From: Paracoccus suum
Lineage (GTDB): Bacteria > Pseudomonadota > Alphaproteobacteria > Rhodobacterales > Rhodobacteraceae
DNA: 32,000 nucleotides
Direction: 5' to 3'
NCBI RefSeq assembly: GCF_003324675.1
Contig: NZ_CP030918.1
Coordinates: forward strand, 2,610,001-2,642,000
A program made the translations under genes and the position numbers. Positions 17,174 through 27,529 of the stretch are shown here, in pieces (within the stretch, counting starts at the first letter, position 1; each line of letters opens with the position of its first letter). The notes beneath the pieces are model-generated. The model searched no databases. It was not told the DNA's origin and worked only from the letters and a program-made list of their open reading frames with translations.

Positions 17174-18119
17174 AGCTGAGAAAATCCATGAAGCCCGCGG
17201 GTGCGGTGGCAAGCAGTTCTGCCGCAAGATCATCGCCCATCCGGGCTGCATCGCTGCCGGGGCCGCGCCGTTCGCCGCGCAGGACGGCGCTGCCGTCGGG
17301 GCGCAGGATCTCGCCGCGCAGGTGCAGCGTACCGTCGGCGGCGATCTCGGCCAGGCCGGCGATGGGGGTCTGGCAGCTGCCGTCGAGGCGGCGGAGGAAG
17401 GCACGCTCGGCCGTCACCCGCGTTGCCGATGCGGGATCGTTGATGGCCGACAGCAAGGCCGCGATCTGGTCGTCGCTCGCCCGCCGTTCAACGCCGATGG
17501 CGCCCTGGGCGACCGCGGGCAGCATCTCGGAAGGGGGCACGGCCTGGGTCGCAACCGCGGACATGCCAAGGCGGGCAAGCCCCGCCATCGCAAGAAAAGT
17601 CGCGTCCGCCACCCCCTGCTCCAGCTTGGCCAGCCGGGTCTGCACATTGCCGCGAAACTCGACGAGGCGCAGGCCGGGGCGGCGATGGGCGACCTGCGAC
17701 TGCCGCCGCAGGGACGAGCTGCCGATCACGGCGCCATCCGGCATGTCGGCGAGGCTGGCGTAACGGTGGCTGACGAAGGCGTCGCGCACGTCCTCGCGCG
17801 GCAGAATGCAGTCGATCACCAGATCTTCCGGCTGCAGGACCGGCATGTCCTTCATCGAATGGACCGCGATGTCGATCTCGGCATTGGACAGGGCCTGCTC
17901 GATCTCGCGGGTGAAGAGGCCCTTGCCGCCAAGCTCGCGCAGGCTGCGATCGGTGATGCGGTCGCCCGTGGTGCGGATGATCACGATCTCGAAGGCTTCG
18001 GGCGGAAGGCCATGCGCCTCGGCCAGGCGGTCGCGCGTCTCGTGGGCCTGGGCGAGTGCGAGGGCAGAGCCGCGCGTGCCGATGCGAAGCGGGTTAAGGG
18101 GTGTCGGCGTACGATCCAT
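17172..18119 (-). CDS. hemC: Hydroxymethylbilane synthase (porphobilinogen deaminase)
   Basis: ORF 17172..18176 trimmed to ATG 18119 (MDRTPTPLNPLRIGTRGSALALAQA...). Also has GGKGLFTREIE and DIAVHSMKDMP motifs. Confidence 0.92.
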   Translation of the reverse strand: MDRTPTPLNPLRIGTRGSALALAQAHETRDRLAEAHGLPPEAFEIVIIRTTGDRITDRSLRELGGKGLFTREIEQALSNAEIDIAVHSMKDMPVLQPEDLVIDCILPREDVRDAFVSHRYASLADMPDGAVIGSSSLRRQSQVAHRRPGLRLVEFRGNVQTRLAKLEQGVADATFLAMAGLARLGMSAVATQAVPPSEMLPAVAQGAIGVERRASDDQIAALLSAINDPASATRVTAERAFLRRLDGSCQTPIAGLAEIAADGTLHLRGEILRPDGSAVLRGERRGPGSDAARMGDDLAAELLATAPAGFMDFLS

Positions 18120-18202
18120 GTCCCGCGGGCTAGCGCGAAGTCCGTCGCTTGACAACCGCCCCCCCACCGGGTGCAAGCGTCAGCCGAAGCAGCGAGGACC
18201 CC

Positions 18203-19231
18203 ATGACAAAGACGATCCTACGTGCCCTTCGCGGCGAACGCCAAGACGTGCCGCCGATCTGGATGATGCGCCAGGCTGGCCGCTATCTGCCGGAGTATCG
18301 CGCGACCCGCGCCGAGGCCGGGGACTTCCTGAAGCTGTGCTACAACCCCGAGCTGGCGGCCGAGGTCACGCTGCAGCCCATCCGCCGCTTTGGCTTTGAT
18401 GCGGCAATCCTTTTTGCCGATATCCTGCTCGTGCCGCAGGCGCTGGGGCAGGATCTGTGGTTCGTCACCGGTGAGGGGCCGCGCCTGACGCCGCTGGCCG
18501 AGGCTGGCGGCCTTGCCGCGCTGCGCGGGGCGGACGACGTCCACGACACCCTCGCCCCCATCTACGAGACCGTGCGCATCCTGTCGCGCGAACTGCCGCC
18601 CGAGGTCACGCTGATCGGCTTTGCCGGCGCGCCCTGGACTGTCGCGACCTACATGGTCGCAGGCCGCGGCAGCAAGGACCAGGGCGCCGCCCACCGCATG
18701 ATCGCAGAGGACCGCGCCGGCTTTGCTGCGCTGATCGGCCGCATCGAGCAAGCGACGATTGCCTATGTGTCGGCCCAGATCGAGGCCGGGGCCGAGGTCG
18801 TCAAACTGTTCGACAGCTGGGCCGGCAGCCTGAAAGGCACCGATTTCGACGATTTCGCCCTCGCCCCCACGGCGCGGATCATCGCCGCACTGAAGGCGCG
18901 CCATCCGCATGTGCCAGTCATCGCCTTTCCCCGCGAGGCGAAGGAGCGCTACATCGGCTTTGCCCGAGCTACCGGCGCCGATTGCCTGGCGCTCGACAAT
19001 TCTGTCAGCGCCGATTGGGCCGCCGCCAACCTGCAGCCGGACGGATGCGTGCAGGGCAACCTCGCGCCGGGCCACATGGTCACGGGCGGCCCGGCCCTCG
19101 ATGCCGAGACCCGGCGGATCGTGCAGGCCTTTTCGGGCGGCCCGCATGTCTTCAACCTCGGGCACGGGATAACGCCGGATGCGGACCCGGCAAATGTCGC
19201 CCGCATGATAGAGGTGGTGCGCGGCGGCTGA
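18203..19231 (+). CDS. hemE: Uroporphyrinogen decarboxylase
   Basis: ORF 18149..19231 trimmed to ATG 18203 (GAGGA Shine-Dalgarno). [33 protein letters not shown] is the canonical HemE N-terminus. Divergent from hemC. Confidence 0.92.
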   Translation: MTKTILRALRGERQDVPPIWMMRQAGRYLPEYRATRAEAGDFLKLCYNPELAAEVTLQPIRRFGFDAAILFADILLVPQALGQDLWFVTGEGPRLTPLAEAGGLAALRGADDVHDTLAPIYETVRILSRELPPEVTLIGFAGAPWTVATYMVAGRGSKDQGAAHRMIAEDRAGFAALIGRIEQATIAYVSAQIEAGAEVVKLFDSWAGSLKGTDFDDFALAPTARIIAALKARHPHVPVIAFPREAKERYIGFARATGADCLALDNSVSADWAAANLQPDGCVQGNLAPGHMVTGGPALDAETRRIVQAFSGGPHVFNLGHGITPDADPANVARMIEVVRGG

Positions 19232-19277
19232 CGCCTGCAGGCGAGGCTCCAGCGAAATTTGGGTCGAGGCGGTGGAA

Positions 19278-20162
19278 ATGATCTACGCAAGCGGCGCGGC
19301 ATGGCGCGAGGCGCCCGAAAAGCGGATCATGCTGTTTGGCATGTCCGGCCTTGGCAAGACGCATCTGGCGGCGATGCTCCGCCGGACGGGTGACTGGTAT
19401 CACTACAGTGTCGATTACCGCATCGGCACCCGCTATCTGGGCGAGGAGATCGCAGACGAGTTCAAGCGCGAAGCCATGCGGCTGCCGCGCCTGCGCGAGT
19501 TGCTGCTGTCCGATTCCCTGCGGGTCGAGAGCAACATCACCTTCGACAATCTGGCACCGCTGTCCTGCTGGCTCGGCAAGCCGGGTGGTCCTGACATGGG
19601 CGGGTTGCCGATCGACGAATACCGGCGGCGGCAGGACCTGCACCGCGCCGCCGAAGTCGCGGCCAGTCTCGATGCCGGTCATTTCATCCGCCGCGCGCGC
19701 GACCTTTATGGCTATCCGAACTTTGTCTGCGACACCTCCGGCTCGATCTGCGAGGTAATCGACGCTGCGGACCCGGGCGACCCGGTCCTGAACGCGCTCG
19801 CCGGAATGATGCTGCCAGTCTGGATCGAGGGCTCGCCCGAACATACATCCGCGCTGATCGAACGTTTCAACCGCGCCCCGAAGCCGATGTACTACCGCCC
19901 CGAATTCCTGACCGAGGCTTGGCAAGCCTACGGCCTGGCCCATCCCGGCCCGGTCGATCCCGACGCCTTCATCCGCTGGACCTATGCCCGCGCCCTCGCC
20001 GCCCGCCAGCCGCGCTATGCCGCCATGGCCCGCCGCGGCGTCAGCGTCACCGCCGCCGAGGTGGGCGCGCTGACCGGCCCGGACGATTTCAACGACCTGA
20101 TCGCACTTGCGATCGACCGTACCGCCGCCGCACGCGGCACGCACCAAACCGAGGTTTCCTGA
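19278..20162 (+). CDS. P-loop NTPase/kinase-like protein of unknown function
   Basis: Walker [12 protein letters not shown] about 20 aa from the N-terminus. The start is taken at ATG 19278 (GAGG 8 nt upstream) rather than GTG 19272. The stop overlaps the metA start (TGATG). Confidence 0.7.
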   Translation: MIYASGAAWREAPEKRIMLFGMSGLGKTHLAAMLRRTGDWYHYSVDYRIGTRYLGEEIADEFKREAMRLPRLRELLLSDSLRVESNITFDNLAPLSCWLGKPGGPDMGGLPIDEYRRRQDLHRAAEVAASLDAGHFIRRARDLYGYPNFVCDTSGSICEVIDAADPGDPVLNALAGMMLPVWIEGSPEHTSALIERFNRAPKPMYYRPEFLTEAWQAYGLAHPGPVDPDAFIRWTYARALAARQPRYAAMARRGVSVTAAEVGALTGPDDFNDLIALAIDRTAAARGTHQTEVS

Positions 20163-21085
20163 TGCCGATTACCCTGCCCGAGGATCTGCCCGCCTATGAC
20201 ATCCTGCGCAGCGAAGGCGTCATGGTCATGTCCCCGGGCCGCGCCGCGACGCAGGATATCCGGCCGCTGCGCATCGGGCTGCTGAACCTGATGCCGAAAA
20301 AGATCCAGACCGAGAACCAGTTTGCCCGGTTGATCGGCGCGACGCCGCTGCAGATCGATTTCCACCTGATCCGCATGTCCGACCACGCCAGCCGCAACAC
20401 TGCCGCCGATCATATGGAAGCATTCTATCGCCCTTTTTCGGACGTCGAGGCCTCGGGCGAGCGGTTCGACGGGCTGATAATCACCGGCGCCCCCATCGAG
20501 CACCTGCCGTTCGAAGAGGTCACCTACTGGGACGAGATGCGCCGCGTCTTTGACTGGGCGCAGAGCCATGTGCATTCGACATTCGGCGTCTGCTGGGGCG
20601 GCATGGCGATGGCCTACCACCTGCACGGCATCGAAAAGCGCGCGCTGGATGCCAAGGCCTTCGGCTGCTTCCGCCACGGCAACCTCGCGCCGGCCTCTCC
20701 CTATCTGCGCGGCTTCTCGGATGATGTTCTGGTGCCGGTCAGCCGCTGGACCGAGGTGCGCCAGGCCGACACCGAGGCTGCGGGGCTGGTGACGCTGCTC
20801 GCCTCGGACGAGGTCGGACCGTGCCTGGTCGAGGACCCGGCACGGCGCACCCTCTATATCTTCAACCACCTCGAATACGACAGCGATACCCTGAAGCAGG
20901 AATACGACCGCGACGTCGCCACGGGCGCCGCGATCAACGTGCCGGCGAATTATTTTCCCGATGACGACCCGGCCCGGGCGCCCAGCAACCGCTGGCGCAG
21001 CCACGCGCATCTGCTTTACGGCAACTGGCTGAACGAGATCTATCAGACGACGCCGTTTGATTTGGGTGAGATCGGGCGCAACTGA
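20162..21085 (+). CDS. metA: Homoserine O-acyltransferase (MetA family; acetyl versus succinyl specificity not decidable here)
   Basis: [20 protein letters not shown]..., [11 protein letters not shown], and the catalytic-Cys context FGVCWGGMA. The long upstream part of ORF 19919..21085 belongs to another frame of the preceding gene. Confidence 0.9.
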   Translation: MPITLPEDLPAYDILRSEGVMVMSPGRAATQDIRPLRIGLLNLMPKKIQTENQFARLIGATPLQIDFHLIRMSDHASRNTAADHMEAFYRPFSDVEASGERFDGLIITGAPIEHLPFEEVTYWDEMRRVFDWAQSHVHSTFGVCWGGMAMAYHLHGIEKRALDAKAFGCFRHGNLAPASPYLRGFSDDVLVPVSRWTEVRQADTEAAGLVTLLASDEVGPCLVEDPARRTLYIFNHLEYDSDTLKQEYDRDVATGAAINVPANYFPDDDPARAPSNRWRSHAHLLYGNWLNEIYQTTPFDLGEIGRN

Positions 21086-21148
21086 GGGCTGCCTTGCAGG
21101 TGGACGTGCGGGCGGGAATAGTGCCCACATCTCAGCTTGCGAGGCGAC

Positions 21149-22045
21149 ATGGCCAAGACCTCTGCCCCTGTTTCCAAGGATGTCCCGCTGGTCGGGCAGA
21201 TCACGCGGTATCTGCGCGATGGCGCGCCCGCCAAGATCCGGCGCGCGATCAAGGAGGCGGACAAGGACGACATCCTCGACACGTCTTATCCCTATCGCGA
21301 AGAGATCAAAAAGTCGGACTACGAGGCGCGGATGGAGGCGCTGCAGATCGAGCTGGTCAAGATGCTGCGCGATCTGATCGACACCGGCAAACGTCTGGTC
21401 GTCCTGTTCGAGGGTCGCGACGCCGCCGGCAAGGGTGGTACCATCGAAGTGATGCGCGAGAACCTGAACCCGCGCAGCGCTTATATCGTCGCCCTGCCAA
21501 AGCCGACCGAGCGCGAAGCGGGCCAGTGGTATTTCCAGCGCTACACCGACTGGTTGCCCGCCGCGGGCGAAATCGCGCTGTTTGATCGCAGTTGGTACAA
21601 TCGCGGCGTTGTGGAAAAGGTGTTCGGCTTTTCGACCGAGGAGCAGCGGCAGCTGTTCTTTCGCCAGCTTCCCGATTTCGAGCGCCTGCTGGTCGAGGAC
21701 GGCGTGATCCTGGTCAAGCTGTGGCTGGACGTGGGCCAAGCCGAGCAGCTGAAGCGGTTCCTCGACCGCGAGGGGGATCCGCTGAAGCAATGGAAACTCA
21801 GCTGGATCGACGTCGAGGGGTTGGCCAAATGGGACGATTACAGCAATGCCATCCGCGAGACGCTGGACATGTCGCATACGCCGGCTGCGCCTTGGACGGT
21901 CATCCGCTCGGACGACAAGCGCCGCGCCCGCATCGCGGCGATCCAAACGGTGCTGGGCGCAATCGACTATGCCGGCAAAGACAAGGACGCCATCGGCTCG
22001 ATTGATCCCCGCATCGTCGGCGGGCCAGCGACCTTGACGACATGA
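21149..22045 (+). CDS. ppk2: Polyphosphate kinase 2
   Basis: ORF 21137..22045 trimmed to ATG 21149. [15 protein letters not shown] Walker A, FDRSWYNR, and the lid-like [11 protein letters not shown] motif, all typical of PPK2. Confidence 0.9.
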   Translation: MAKTSAPVSKDVPLVGQITRYLRDGAPAKIRRAIKEADKDDILDTSYPYREEIKKSDYEARMEALQIELVKMLRDLIDTGKRLVVLFEGRDAAGKGGTIEVMRENLNPRSAYIVALPKPTEREAGQWYFQRYTDWLPAAGEIALFDRSWYNRGVVEKVFGFSTEEQRQLFFRQLPDFERLLVEDGVILVKLWLDVGQAEQLKRFLDREGDPLKQWKLSWIDVEGLAKWDDYSNAIRETLDMSHTPAAPWTVIRSDDKRRARIAAIQTVLGAIDYAGKDKDAIGSIDPRIVGGPATLTT

Positions 22046-22947
22046 TCGCGCTGCTGCGGTGGCTGGCCCTTGCTTGCCTGATGGCCGCGCCGCCGGGTGC
22101 CCAGGCGGCCCAACCGTTGCCGGCCTACGCCCACACCTCGGTCAATGATTTTGCCGGCGTGCTGAGCCCACAGGATACGCGGACCATAGACGAGGCCCTG
22201 ATCGCGCTGCACCGGGATACCGGGGTGCAGGGCACCGTGGTCACGCTGGAGGACCGCAGCCGCTACGGGGATGCCAGCCTCGACGCGTTCGCGAAGCGCC
22301 TCTTCAACGCCTGGGGCGTCGGCGCAGCGGATCGCAACGACGGCTTCATGGTGCTGCTGATCCCCGCGGCGCGGGAGGCGCGGATCGAGTTGGGGGCCGC
22401 CTACGGGCGGGATCGCGACATTCGCGCGGGCGCTATCATGGAGCGGGTGATGCTGCCCTCGCTGCGCGACGGGCAGATGTCGCAGGGACTGCGCGACGGC
22501 ACGCTTGCCGTGATCAACTCGATTGCCCGGCCCTTGGCGACGGGCACGGCGCCACCGCCCCACAAGCTGGGCCGTCCATGGTTCGAAAGTTTGCTGCCGC
22601 TGGCGGTGTTCGGCGTGTTCGGGGTCACCGGCCTTGGCATGGTGCGCAGCCTGTTGCGCCGTCGGCGCGGGGCGCGGTGCCAGCAATGCGGTGCAAAAAC
22701 CACTGAACGGATCGAGCCCGCGCCCGGCAACCTGCCCGGCGGCATAGCCACAGCGGGCAATATCTTGCTGCGCAGCTGCCCGGCGTGCGGCTGGACCGCG
22801 CGTGAAACGGTCACCACGCCTGTCATGCTGCCTGCGGGCCGCTGGGGACGTAATGAGCGCGGCTTTCGCGGCTTTCGTGGCGGTGGCGGCGGCGGCGGAT
22901 TCGGCGGCGGCCGCTCGGGCGGCGGTGGCGCCTCGGGGCGGTGGTAG
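22042..22947 (+). CDS. TPM-domain (YgcG-like) membrane protein with inserted CxxC...CxxC zinc ribbon and Gly-rich tail
   Basis: Signal peptide; TPM-like core [20 protein letters not shown]...[10 protein letters not shown]...[20 protein letters not shown]; one TM helix; CQQCG...CPACG; C-terminal [22 protein letters not shown]. The start overlaps the ppk2 stop (ATGA). Confidence 0.8.
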   Translation: MIALLRWLALACLMAAPPGAQAAQPLPAYAHTSVNDFAGVLSPQDTRTIDEALIALHRDTGVQGTVVTLEDRSRYGDASLDAFAKRLFNAWGVGAADRNDGFMVLLIPAAREARIELGAAYGRDRDIRAGAIMERVMLPSLRDGQMSQGLRDGTLAVINSIARPLATGTAPPPHKLGRPWFESLLPLAVFGVFGVTGLGMVRSLLRRRRGARCQQCGAKTTERIEPAPGNLPGGIATAGNILLRSCPACGWTARETVTTPVMLPAGRWGRNERGFRGFRGGGGGGGFGGGRSGGGGASGRW

Positions 22948-23198
22948 CGCATTGATAAGAACAGTGTGGTTGTGCAGAAAATTCACTTCTGCGACCCCGC
23001 ATTTATGCCCGCAAAGTTTAGAGCAGGGCGGCCAATCCACAGAGCCTTGTGACCGGCTCCGGTGACGGCTCCTGTGACAGCCGCCGACAGGCCCGCACCA
23101 CCGCTCGGCCGGACTCCTCCCCAAGACTACGGCGCTTGCGTGCCGCTCGGCCGCAACCTAGCATTTGCCCAGATCTCCGCATGGAAAGGCCGTAGCGC

Positions 23199-24275
23199 AT
23201 GAGTTTTCCCCGCCTTGTAATCCCGACGGGCCTTGCGCTCCGCGGCCTTGTCGCCTTCGCGCTGGGCAGTGTGGCCATGCCGGCCTTTGCTGCCGACCCC
23301 GAGCTGACGGTGTTTGATTGGGCCGGCTTCGAGGAGCCCTCGATCTTTCAGGGGTATATCGACAAGAACGGGCAGAGCCCGACCTTTGCCTTTTACGGGG
23401 ATGACGACGAGGCCTATCAAAAGCTCGCCTCGGGCTTCAAGGCGGACGTCGCCCACCCCTGCAGCCAGATGGTCTCGAAATACCGCGACGCCGGCCTGAT
23501 CGAGCCTTGGGACACGTCAAAGATCCCGGCCTTCGCGACGCTCGACCCCAAGTTTCTGAACTCGCCCGTGTTCAAGGACGACAAGGGCGTGTGGTACATT
23601 CCAACCGACTGGGGCGCGACCGCCATCGCCTACAACACGGAAAAGGTCCCGGCCGAGGATGTGGCCAGCCTGAACGTGTTCATCGACCCGAAATACGAAG
23701 GCCGGACCTCGCTGCCCGACAGCGCAGATGACGTGTGGGCCCTGGCCTACCTCGCGACGGGCGTCACCAACTGGGACAACATCACCGACGAGCAGTTCAC
23801 CGCGGCGGCCGACTGGCTGCGCAAGGCGCATGCCAATGTCAGCAGCTACTGGGCCGACCCGGCCGAGATGGCGCAGCTTATGGCCTCCGGCGCGGTCGAT
23901 GTCGCCTGGTCCTGGAACGACGGGCCGACCTACCTGAAAAAGGACAACTTTCCGGTCGGCTTCAAGCGCGACACCAAGGAAGGCTGGTCCAGCTTCTTCT
24001 GCGGCTTCGTCAACCTGAAGGACGGCCCCGGCAAAGAAGAAAAGGCCTATGACTTCATCAACGCCTGGTTGGCACCTTCAGCCGGCGTGGCGCTGCTGGA
24101 TACCATTGGCTATGGCCATACCTCAAGCGAGGCGATGAAGCAGATCACCGAGGAACAGAAGGTCGAGGCCGGCATCAACGCCATCGACGCCCCGGTGCTG
24201 GATCAGACGCCGAACCAGCCAGAGATGCGTGAGCGTCAACTGGCGGAGTTTGAAAAGATCAAGTCCGGCTTCTGA
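23199..24275 (+). CDS. Extracellular solute-binding protein, PotD/PotF (polyamine-type) family
   Basis: 358 aa. Signal peptide ending AFA-ADP. The PotD-like core WYIPTDWGATAIAYNTEKV resembles periplasmic spermidine/putrescine binding proteins. No cognate permease or ATPase genes nearby. Confidence 0.8.
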   Translation: MSFPRLVIPTGLALRGLVAFALGSVAMPAFAADPELTVFDWAGFEEPSIFQGYIDKNGQSPTFAFYGDDDEAYQKLASGFKADVAHPCSQMVSKYRDAGLIEPWDTSKIPAFATLDPKFLNSPVFKDDKGVWYIPTDWGATAIAYNTEKVPAEDVASLNVFIDPKYEGRTSLPDSADDVWALAYLATGVTNWDNITDEQFTAAADWLRKAHANVSSYWADPAEMAQLMASGAVDVAWSWNDGPTYLKKDNFPVGFKRDTKEGWSSFFCGFVNLKDGPGKEEKAYDFINAWLAPSAGVALLDTIGYGHTSSEAMKQITEEQKVEAGINAIDAPVLDQTPNQPEMRERQLAEFEKIKSGF

Positions 24276-24282
24276 GGACGCG

Positions 24283-24301
24283 GGGGCGCGCGCTGCGCCC
24301 C
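24283..24301. terminator. GC hairpin between the convergent SBP and chpT genes
   Basis: GGGGCGC-GCGCT-GCGCCCC 7-bp stem. No clear U-tract on either side. Confidence 0.35.
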
Positions 24302-24315
24302 TGCCCGACCGGCGT

Positions 24316-24960
24316 CTAGAACGCGATCTCGGCGCCGGTCTCGTCAACCTCCCAACGGGGCTGACGCCCTTGGGCTGCAGCTTCAGCGGCGAACACCGGG
24401 AAATGGACCTCGGCGGGAGTCGTGTTCTGACGGCGCAAGCACGGCTCACCGCCGATCCAGGCCCAGAGCGCCGGGTCAGGCTTGGTACGGGTCGCCTCGG
24501 CCACCAACCGCCAGCCGGGAACGGCCCGGCAAACAAGCACCCGGCCGCCCCAAGGCAGCGCCGTCTCGAGGCAATTCAGCGCCAGCAGTAGCAGCTTGAC
24601 CTCGGCCCGGGTCTGATCGCCCTGCGAGTCGAGGTCGATCCGCAGCCGCCCCCCTGCAGCCATGTCCCGCAGCAGCGATTCCAGCTCGGATTTGCTGAGG
24701 CGCTGCTCGCCCGAGGCAGGGCCAAAGGCGATGCGGAAGCACGAGATCCGGGCCCGCGCCGCAGACACGCTCTCGCCGATCAGGGTCAGTTCGGGGGGCG
24801 GCTCGGTTCCCGGCGCGGCGGTCAACTGCATCAGTTCGACGCCGTTGCCGATTGCCCCCAGCGGCGAGATCAGATCATGGCAAAGCCGCGCCGCGACAAG
24901 CGCGGCAAGACCGCCGGCTTGAGGCTGTTCATCCTCGGCCGGTGTTGCTGCGTCGCTCAT
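24316..24960 (-). CDS. chpT: Histidine phosphotransferase ChpT (CckA-ChpT-CtrA relay)
   Basis: 214 aa. LAALVAARLCHDLISPLGAIGNGVELM is the ChpT/HPTransfase phospho-His box as I know it from Caulobacter and Rhodobacter. Correct size for the family. Confidence 0.8.
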   Translation of the reverse strand: MSDAATPAEDEQPQAGGLAALVAARLCHDLISPLGAIGNGVELMQLTAAPGTEPPPELTLIGESVSAARARISCFRIAFGPASGEQRLSKSELESLLRDMAAGGRLRIDLDSQGDQTRAEVKLLLLALNCLETALPWGGRVLVCRAVPGWRLVAEATRTKPDPALWAWIGGEPCLRRQNTTPAEVHFPVFAAEAAAQGRQPRWEVDETGAEIAF

Positions 24961-24999
24961 GCCACCCTAGCCTCCGCTGGGATTGCATGGGAGGCTCTG

Positions 25000-25173
25000 A
25001 TGCTGGAAATCCTCGAGCCGGGAATGCTGGTGCGCCACCCAGGTGCGCCCGAATGGGGCGTGGGACAGGTCCAGTCTCGCATCGGCGACAAGGTCACGGT
25101 CAATTTCGCGGAGGCGGGAAAACGCGTGATCGACGGACGGCATGTCACTTTGCTCATTATTTTACCTGAGTGA
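25000..25173 (+). CDS. DUF3553 domain-containing small protein
   Basis: ORF 24877..25173 trimmed to ATG 25000 (GGGAGG Shine-Dalgarno). MLEILEPGMLVRHPGAPEWGVGQVQSRIGDKVTVNFAEAGKRVIDG matches my memory of DUF3553 proteins. Confidence 0.75.
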   Translation: MLEILEPGMLVRHPGAPEWGVGQVQSRIGDKVTVNFAEAGKRVIDGRHVTLLIILPE

Positions 25174-25296
25174 ATCGCGCGGGTTGTGGCGACGGATTTA
25201 TCGTGAGGACACGATTTTCCGCCGTCAACCTTGGGGCGTATTAATCAGGTTTATACCCGCGGGATGCGAACCAAATGGTGTATTGCTGCGCGTGCC

Positions 25297-26052
25297 TCAG
25301 ACAAACTGCTCGCGCATCAGCCGCTCGTCCAATCCGTGACCGGGATCGAACAGTAATCGGTGGCTGACCTCGCGATCGGAAGTCACCTCCACCCACAGCA
25401 CCTGCTCGACCCCGCGCGAATCGGCGTCCGCCATGACCGGGCGCTTGTCCGGCTCGAGGATGTCGAACCTGAGCCGGGCGGTATCGGGCAGGATCGCTCC
25501 ATGCCAGCGGCGCGGGCGAAAGGCGGCAATCGCGGTCAGCGCGAGCACGTCCGATTCCAGCGGCAGGATCGGTCCATGGGCGGAGTAGTTGTAGGCGGTC
25601 GAGCCGGCGGGCGTGGAGAGCAGTGCGCCATCGCACACCAGTTCCTCCATGCGCACGCGGCCGTTGACGCTGATCTGAAGGCGCGCCGCCTGGGGACCCG
25701 CCCGCAATAGGGCGACCTCGTTGATGGCAACCGCGTTGTGCTGGCGCCCGTCGATCGTCTCGGCCGTCATGGACAGCGGGTGAATGACCGTCGCCTCTGC
25801 CACTGCCAGCCGCTCGGGCAGGGCGTCGGCCACATAGTCGTTCATCAGGAAACCGACGGTGCCCCGGTTCATGCCATAGACCGGCAGTCCGTGGCGGGCA
25901 TGCAGCGTCGCCAGCATCAAGCCGTCGCCCCCGAGGGCGACGATCACCTTTGCCTTGTCCACCGGGGTCTGGCCGTAGCGCGCGATCAGATCGGCCCGGG
26001 CAAGCGCGGCGGTCGCGGTGGTGCTGGCGACGAAATGGATGGCATCGGTCAT
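25297..26052 (-). CDS. nadK: NAD(+) kinase
   Basis: ORF 25297..26121 trimmed to ATG 26052. VIVALGGDGLML (GGDG motif), NRGTVGFL, and STPAGSTAYNYSAHGPIL. Confidence 0.9.
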   Translation of the reverse strand: MTDAIHFVASTTATAALARADLIARYGQTPVDKAKVIVALGGDGLMLATLHARHGLPVYGMNRGTVGFLMNDYVADALPERLAVAEATVIHPLSMTAETIDGRQHNAVAINEVALLRAGPQAARLQISVNGRVRMEELVCDGALLSTPAGSTAYNYSAHGPILPLESDVLALTAIAAFRPRRWHGAILPDTARLRFDILEPDKRPVMADADSRGVEQVLWVEVTSDREVSHRLLFDPGHGLDERLMREQFV

Positions 26053-26239
26053 GCAAGGTTGATGGCCGTCCCTGCTGGACTTGGCAAGGCGGCTGGCGGA
26101 AACGTCGGCCCGGGGGCGCATGTCGCCCCTGCCCCGCAGCGCGCCGCAAACTGGCGCGCCGACCGCCCGGGAAAACCGCCTCTTTGCCCAGCGCGCGTGA
26201 CCCGCTAAGAACCGAGCAACCTAGGCCGAGGAGACCACG

Positions 26240-27529
26240 ATGTCCGATACCACCACCGCGTTCTTCACCCAGAGCATGACCGAACGCGACCCCGACATCG
26301 CCAAGGCCATCGGCCAGGAACTTGGCCGGCAGCGCGAGGAGATCGAGCTGATCGCCTCCGAGAACATCGTCAGCCGCGCCGTCCTTGAAGCGCAGGGCAG
26401 CGTGCTGACCAACAAATATGCCGAAGGCTACCCCGGCAAACGCTATTACGGCGGCTGCCAGTATGTCGACATCGTGGAGGAACTGGCCATCGAGCGCGCC
26501 AAGCAACTGTTCGGCGCCGCCTATGCCAACGTTCAGCCGAACAGCGGCAGCCAGATGAACCAGGCGGTGTTCCTGGCCCTGCTGCAGCCCGGTGATCGGT
26601 TCATGGGCCTCGACCTCAACAGCGGGGGCCACCTGACCCATGGCAGCCCCGTGAACATGTCCGGCAAGTGGTTCGACGTGGTCAGCTATGGCGTACGCCA
26701 GCAGGACCAGATGATCGACATGGACGAGGTTCGCCGCAAGGCGCGCGAGACAAGCCCCAAGCTGATCCTGGCCGGCGGGACCGCCTACAGCCGCGTCTGG
26801 GACTGGGCCGCTTTCCGCGAGATCGCGGACGAGGTCGGCGCCTACCTGATGGTCGACATGGCCCATATCGCGGGCCTCGTCGCTGGCGGCGTCCACCCCT
26901 CGCCCGTGCCCCACGCCCATGTCGCGACCACGACCACGCATAAATCCCTGCGCGGCCCGCGTGGCGGCATGATCCTGTGCAACGACGAAGCCATCGCCAA
27001 GAAGATCAACAGCGCCGTGTTCCCCGGCCTGCAGGGCGGCCCGCTGATGCATGTCATCGCCGCCAAGGCCATCGCCTTCAAGGAGGCGCTGGATCCCTCG
27101 TTCAAGGATTACGCCGCGCAGGTCGTCAAGAACGCGCAGGCCATGGCCGACGAGTTGATGAAGGGCGGCATCGACATCGTCTCGGGCGGGACCGACAACC
27201 ACCTCTGCCTCGCCGACCTGCGGCCCAAGGGCGTGACCGGAAAGGCGACCGAGGCGGCGCTGGGCCGCGCCCATATCACCGCCAACAAGAACGGCGTGCC
27301 TTTCGACCCGGAAAAGCCCTTCGTCACCAGCGGTGTGCGCCTCGGCGCGCCGGCGGGCACCACGCGCGGCTTTCGCGAGGAGGAGTTCCGCCAGATCGCC
27401 CGCTGGATCGTCGCCGTGGTCGATGGCCTTGCCGCCAATGGCGAGGAGGGCAATGCCGAGGTTGAGGAGCGGGTGCGCGCCGAAGTGGCCGATCTGTGCG
27501 GGCGCTTCCCCCTCTACGCCGGCCTCTGA
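26240..27529 (+). CDS. glyA: Serine hydroxymethyltransferase
   Basis: 429 aa. [21 protein letters not shown], and the PLP-lysine context [20 protein letters not shown] Shine-Dalgarno. Confidence 0.95.
   Translation: MSDTTTAFFTQSMTERDPDIAKAIGQELGRQREEIELIASENIVSRAVLEAQGSVLTNKYAEGYPGKRYYGGCQYVDIVEELAIERAKQLFGAAYANVQPNSGSQMNQAVFLALLQPGDRFMGLDLNSGGHLTHGSPVNMSGKWFDVVSYGVRQQDQMIDMDEVRRKARETSPKLILAGGTAYSRVWDWAAFREIADEVGAYLMVDMAHIAGLVAGGVHPSPVPHAHVATTTTHKSLRGPRGGMILCNDEAIAKKINSAVFPGLQGGPLMHVIAAKAIAFKEALDPSFKDYAAQVVKNAQAMADELMKGGIDIVSGGTDNHLCLADLRPKGVTGKATEAALGRAHITANKNGVPFDPEKPFVTSGVRLGAPAGTTRGFREEEFRQIARWIVAVVDGLAANGEEGNAEVEERVRAEVADLCGRFPLYAGL

Noticed and set aside
22973-22993. A weak AT-rich inverted repeat (GCAGAA-AATTCAC-TTCTGC) after the TPM gene as a terminator.
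   Set aside because: It has only 6 bp, is low in GC, and has no U-tract. The evidence is not sufficient.
26053-26239. Possible ZTP (pfl-motif) riboswitch in the glyA leader. The fragments GCTGGCGGAAAC, CCCGGG and CCGCCT, with a GGCGG/CCGCC pairing, resemble pieces of the consensus, and glyA is a known ZTP-regulated gene in some bacteria.
   Set aside because: I could not reconstruct the P1/P2 helices or the conserved CCGCCUGGGCA 3' element. The region instead folds into unrelated GC hairpins (GGGGCG/CGCCCC, GCGCGCC/GGCGCGC). It also has to hold the divergent nadK and glyA promoters. An Rfam RF01750 cmsearch would settle it, so I am not calling it.
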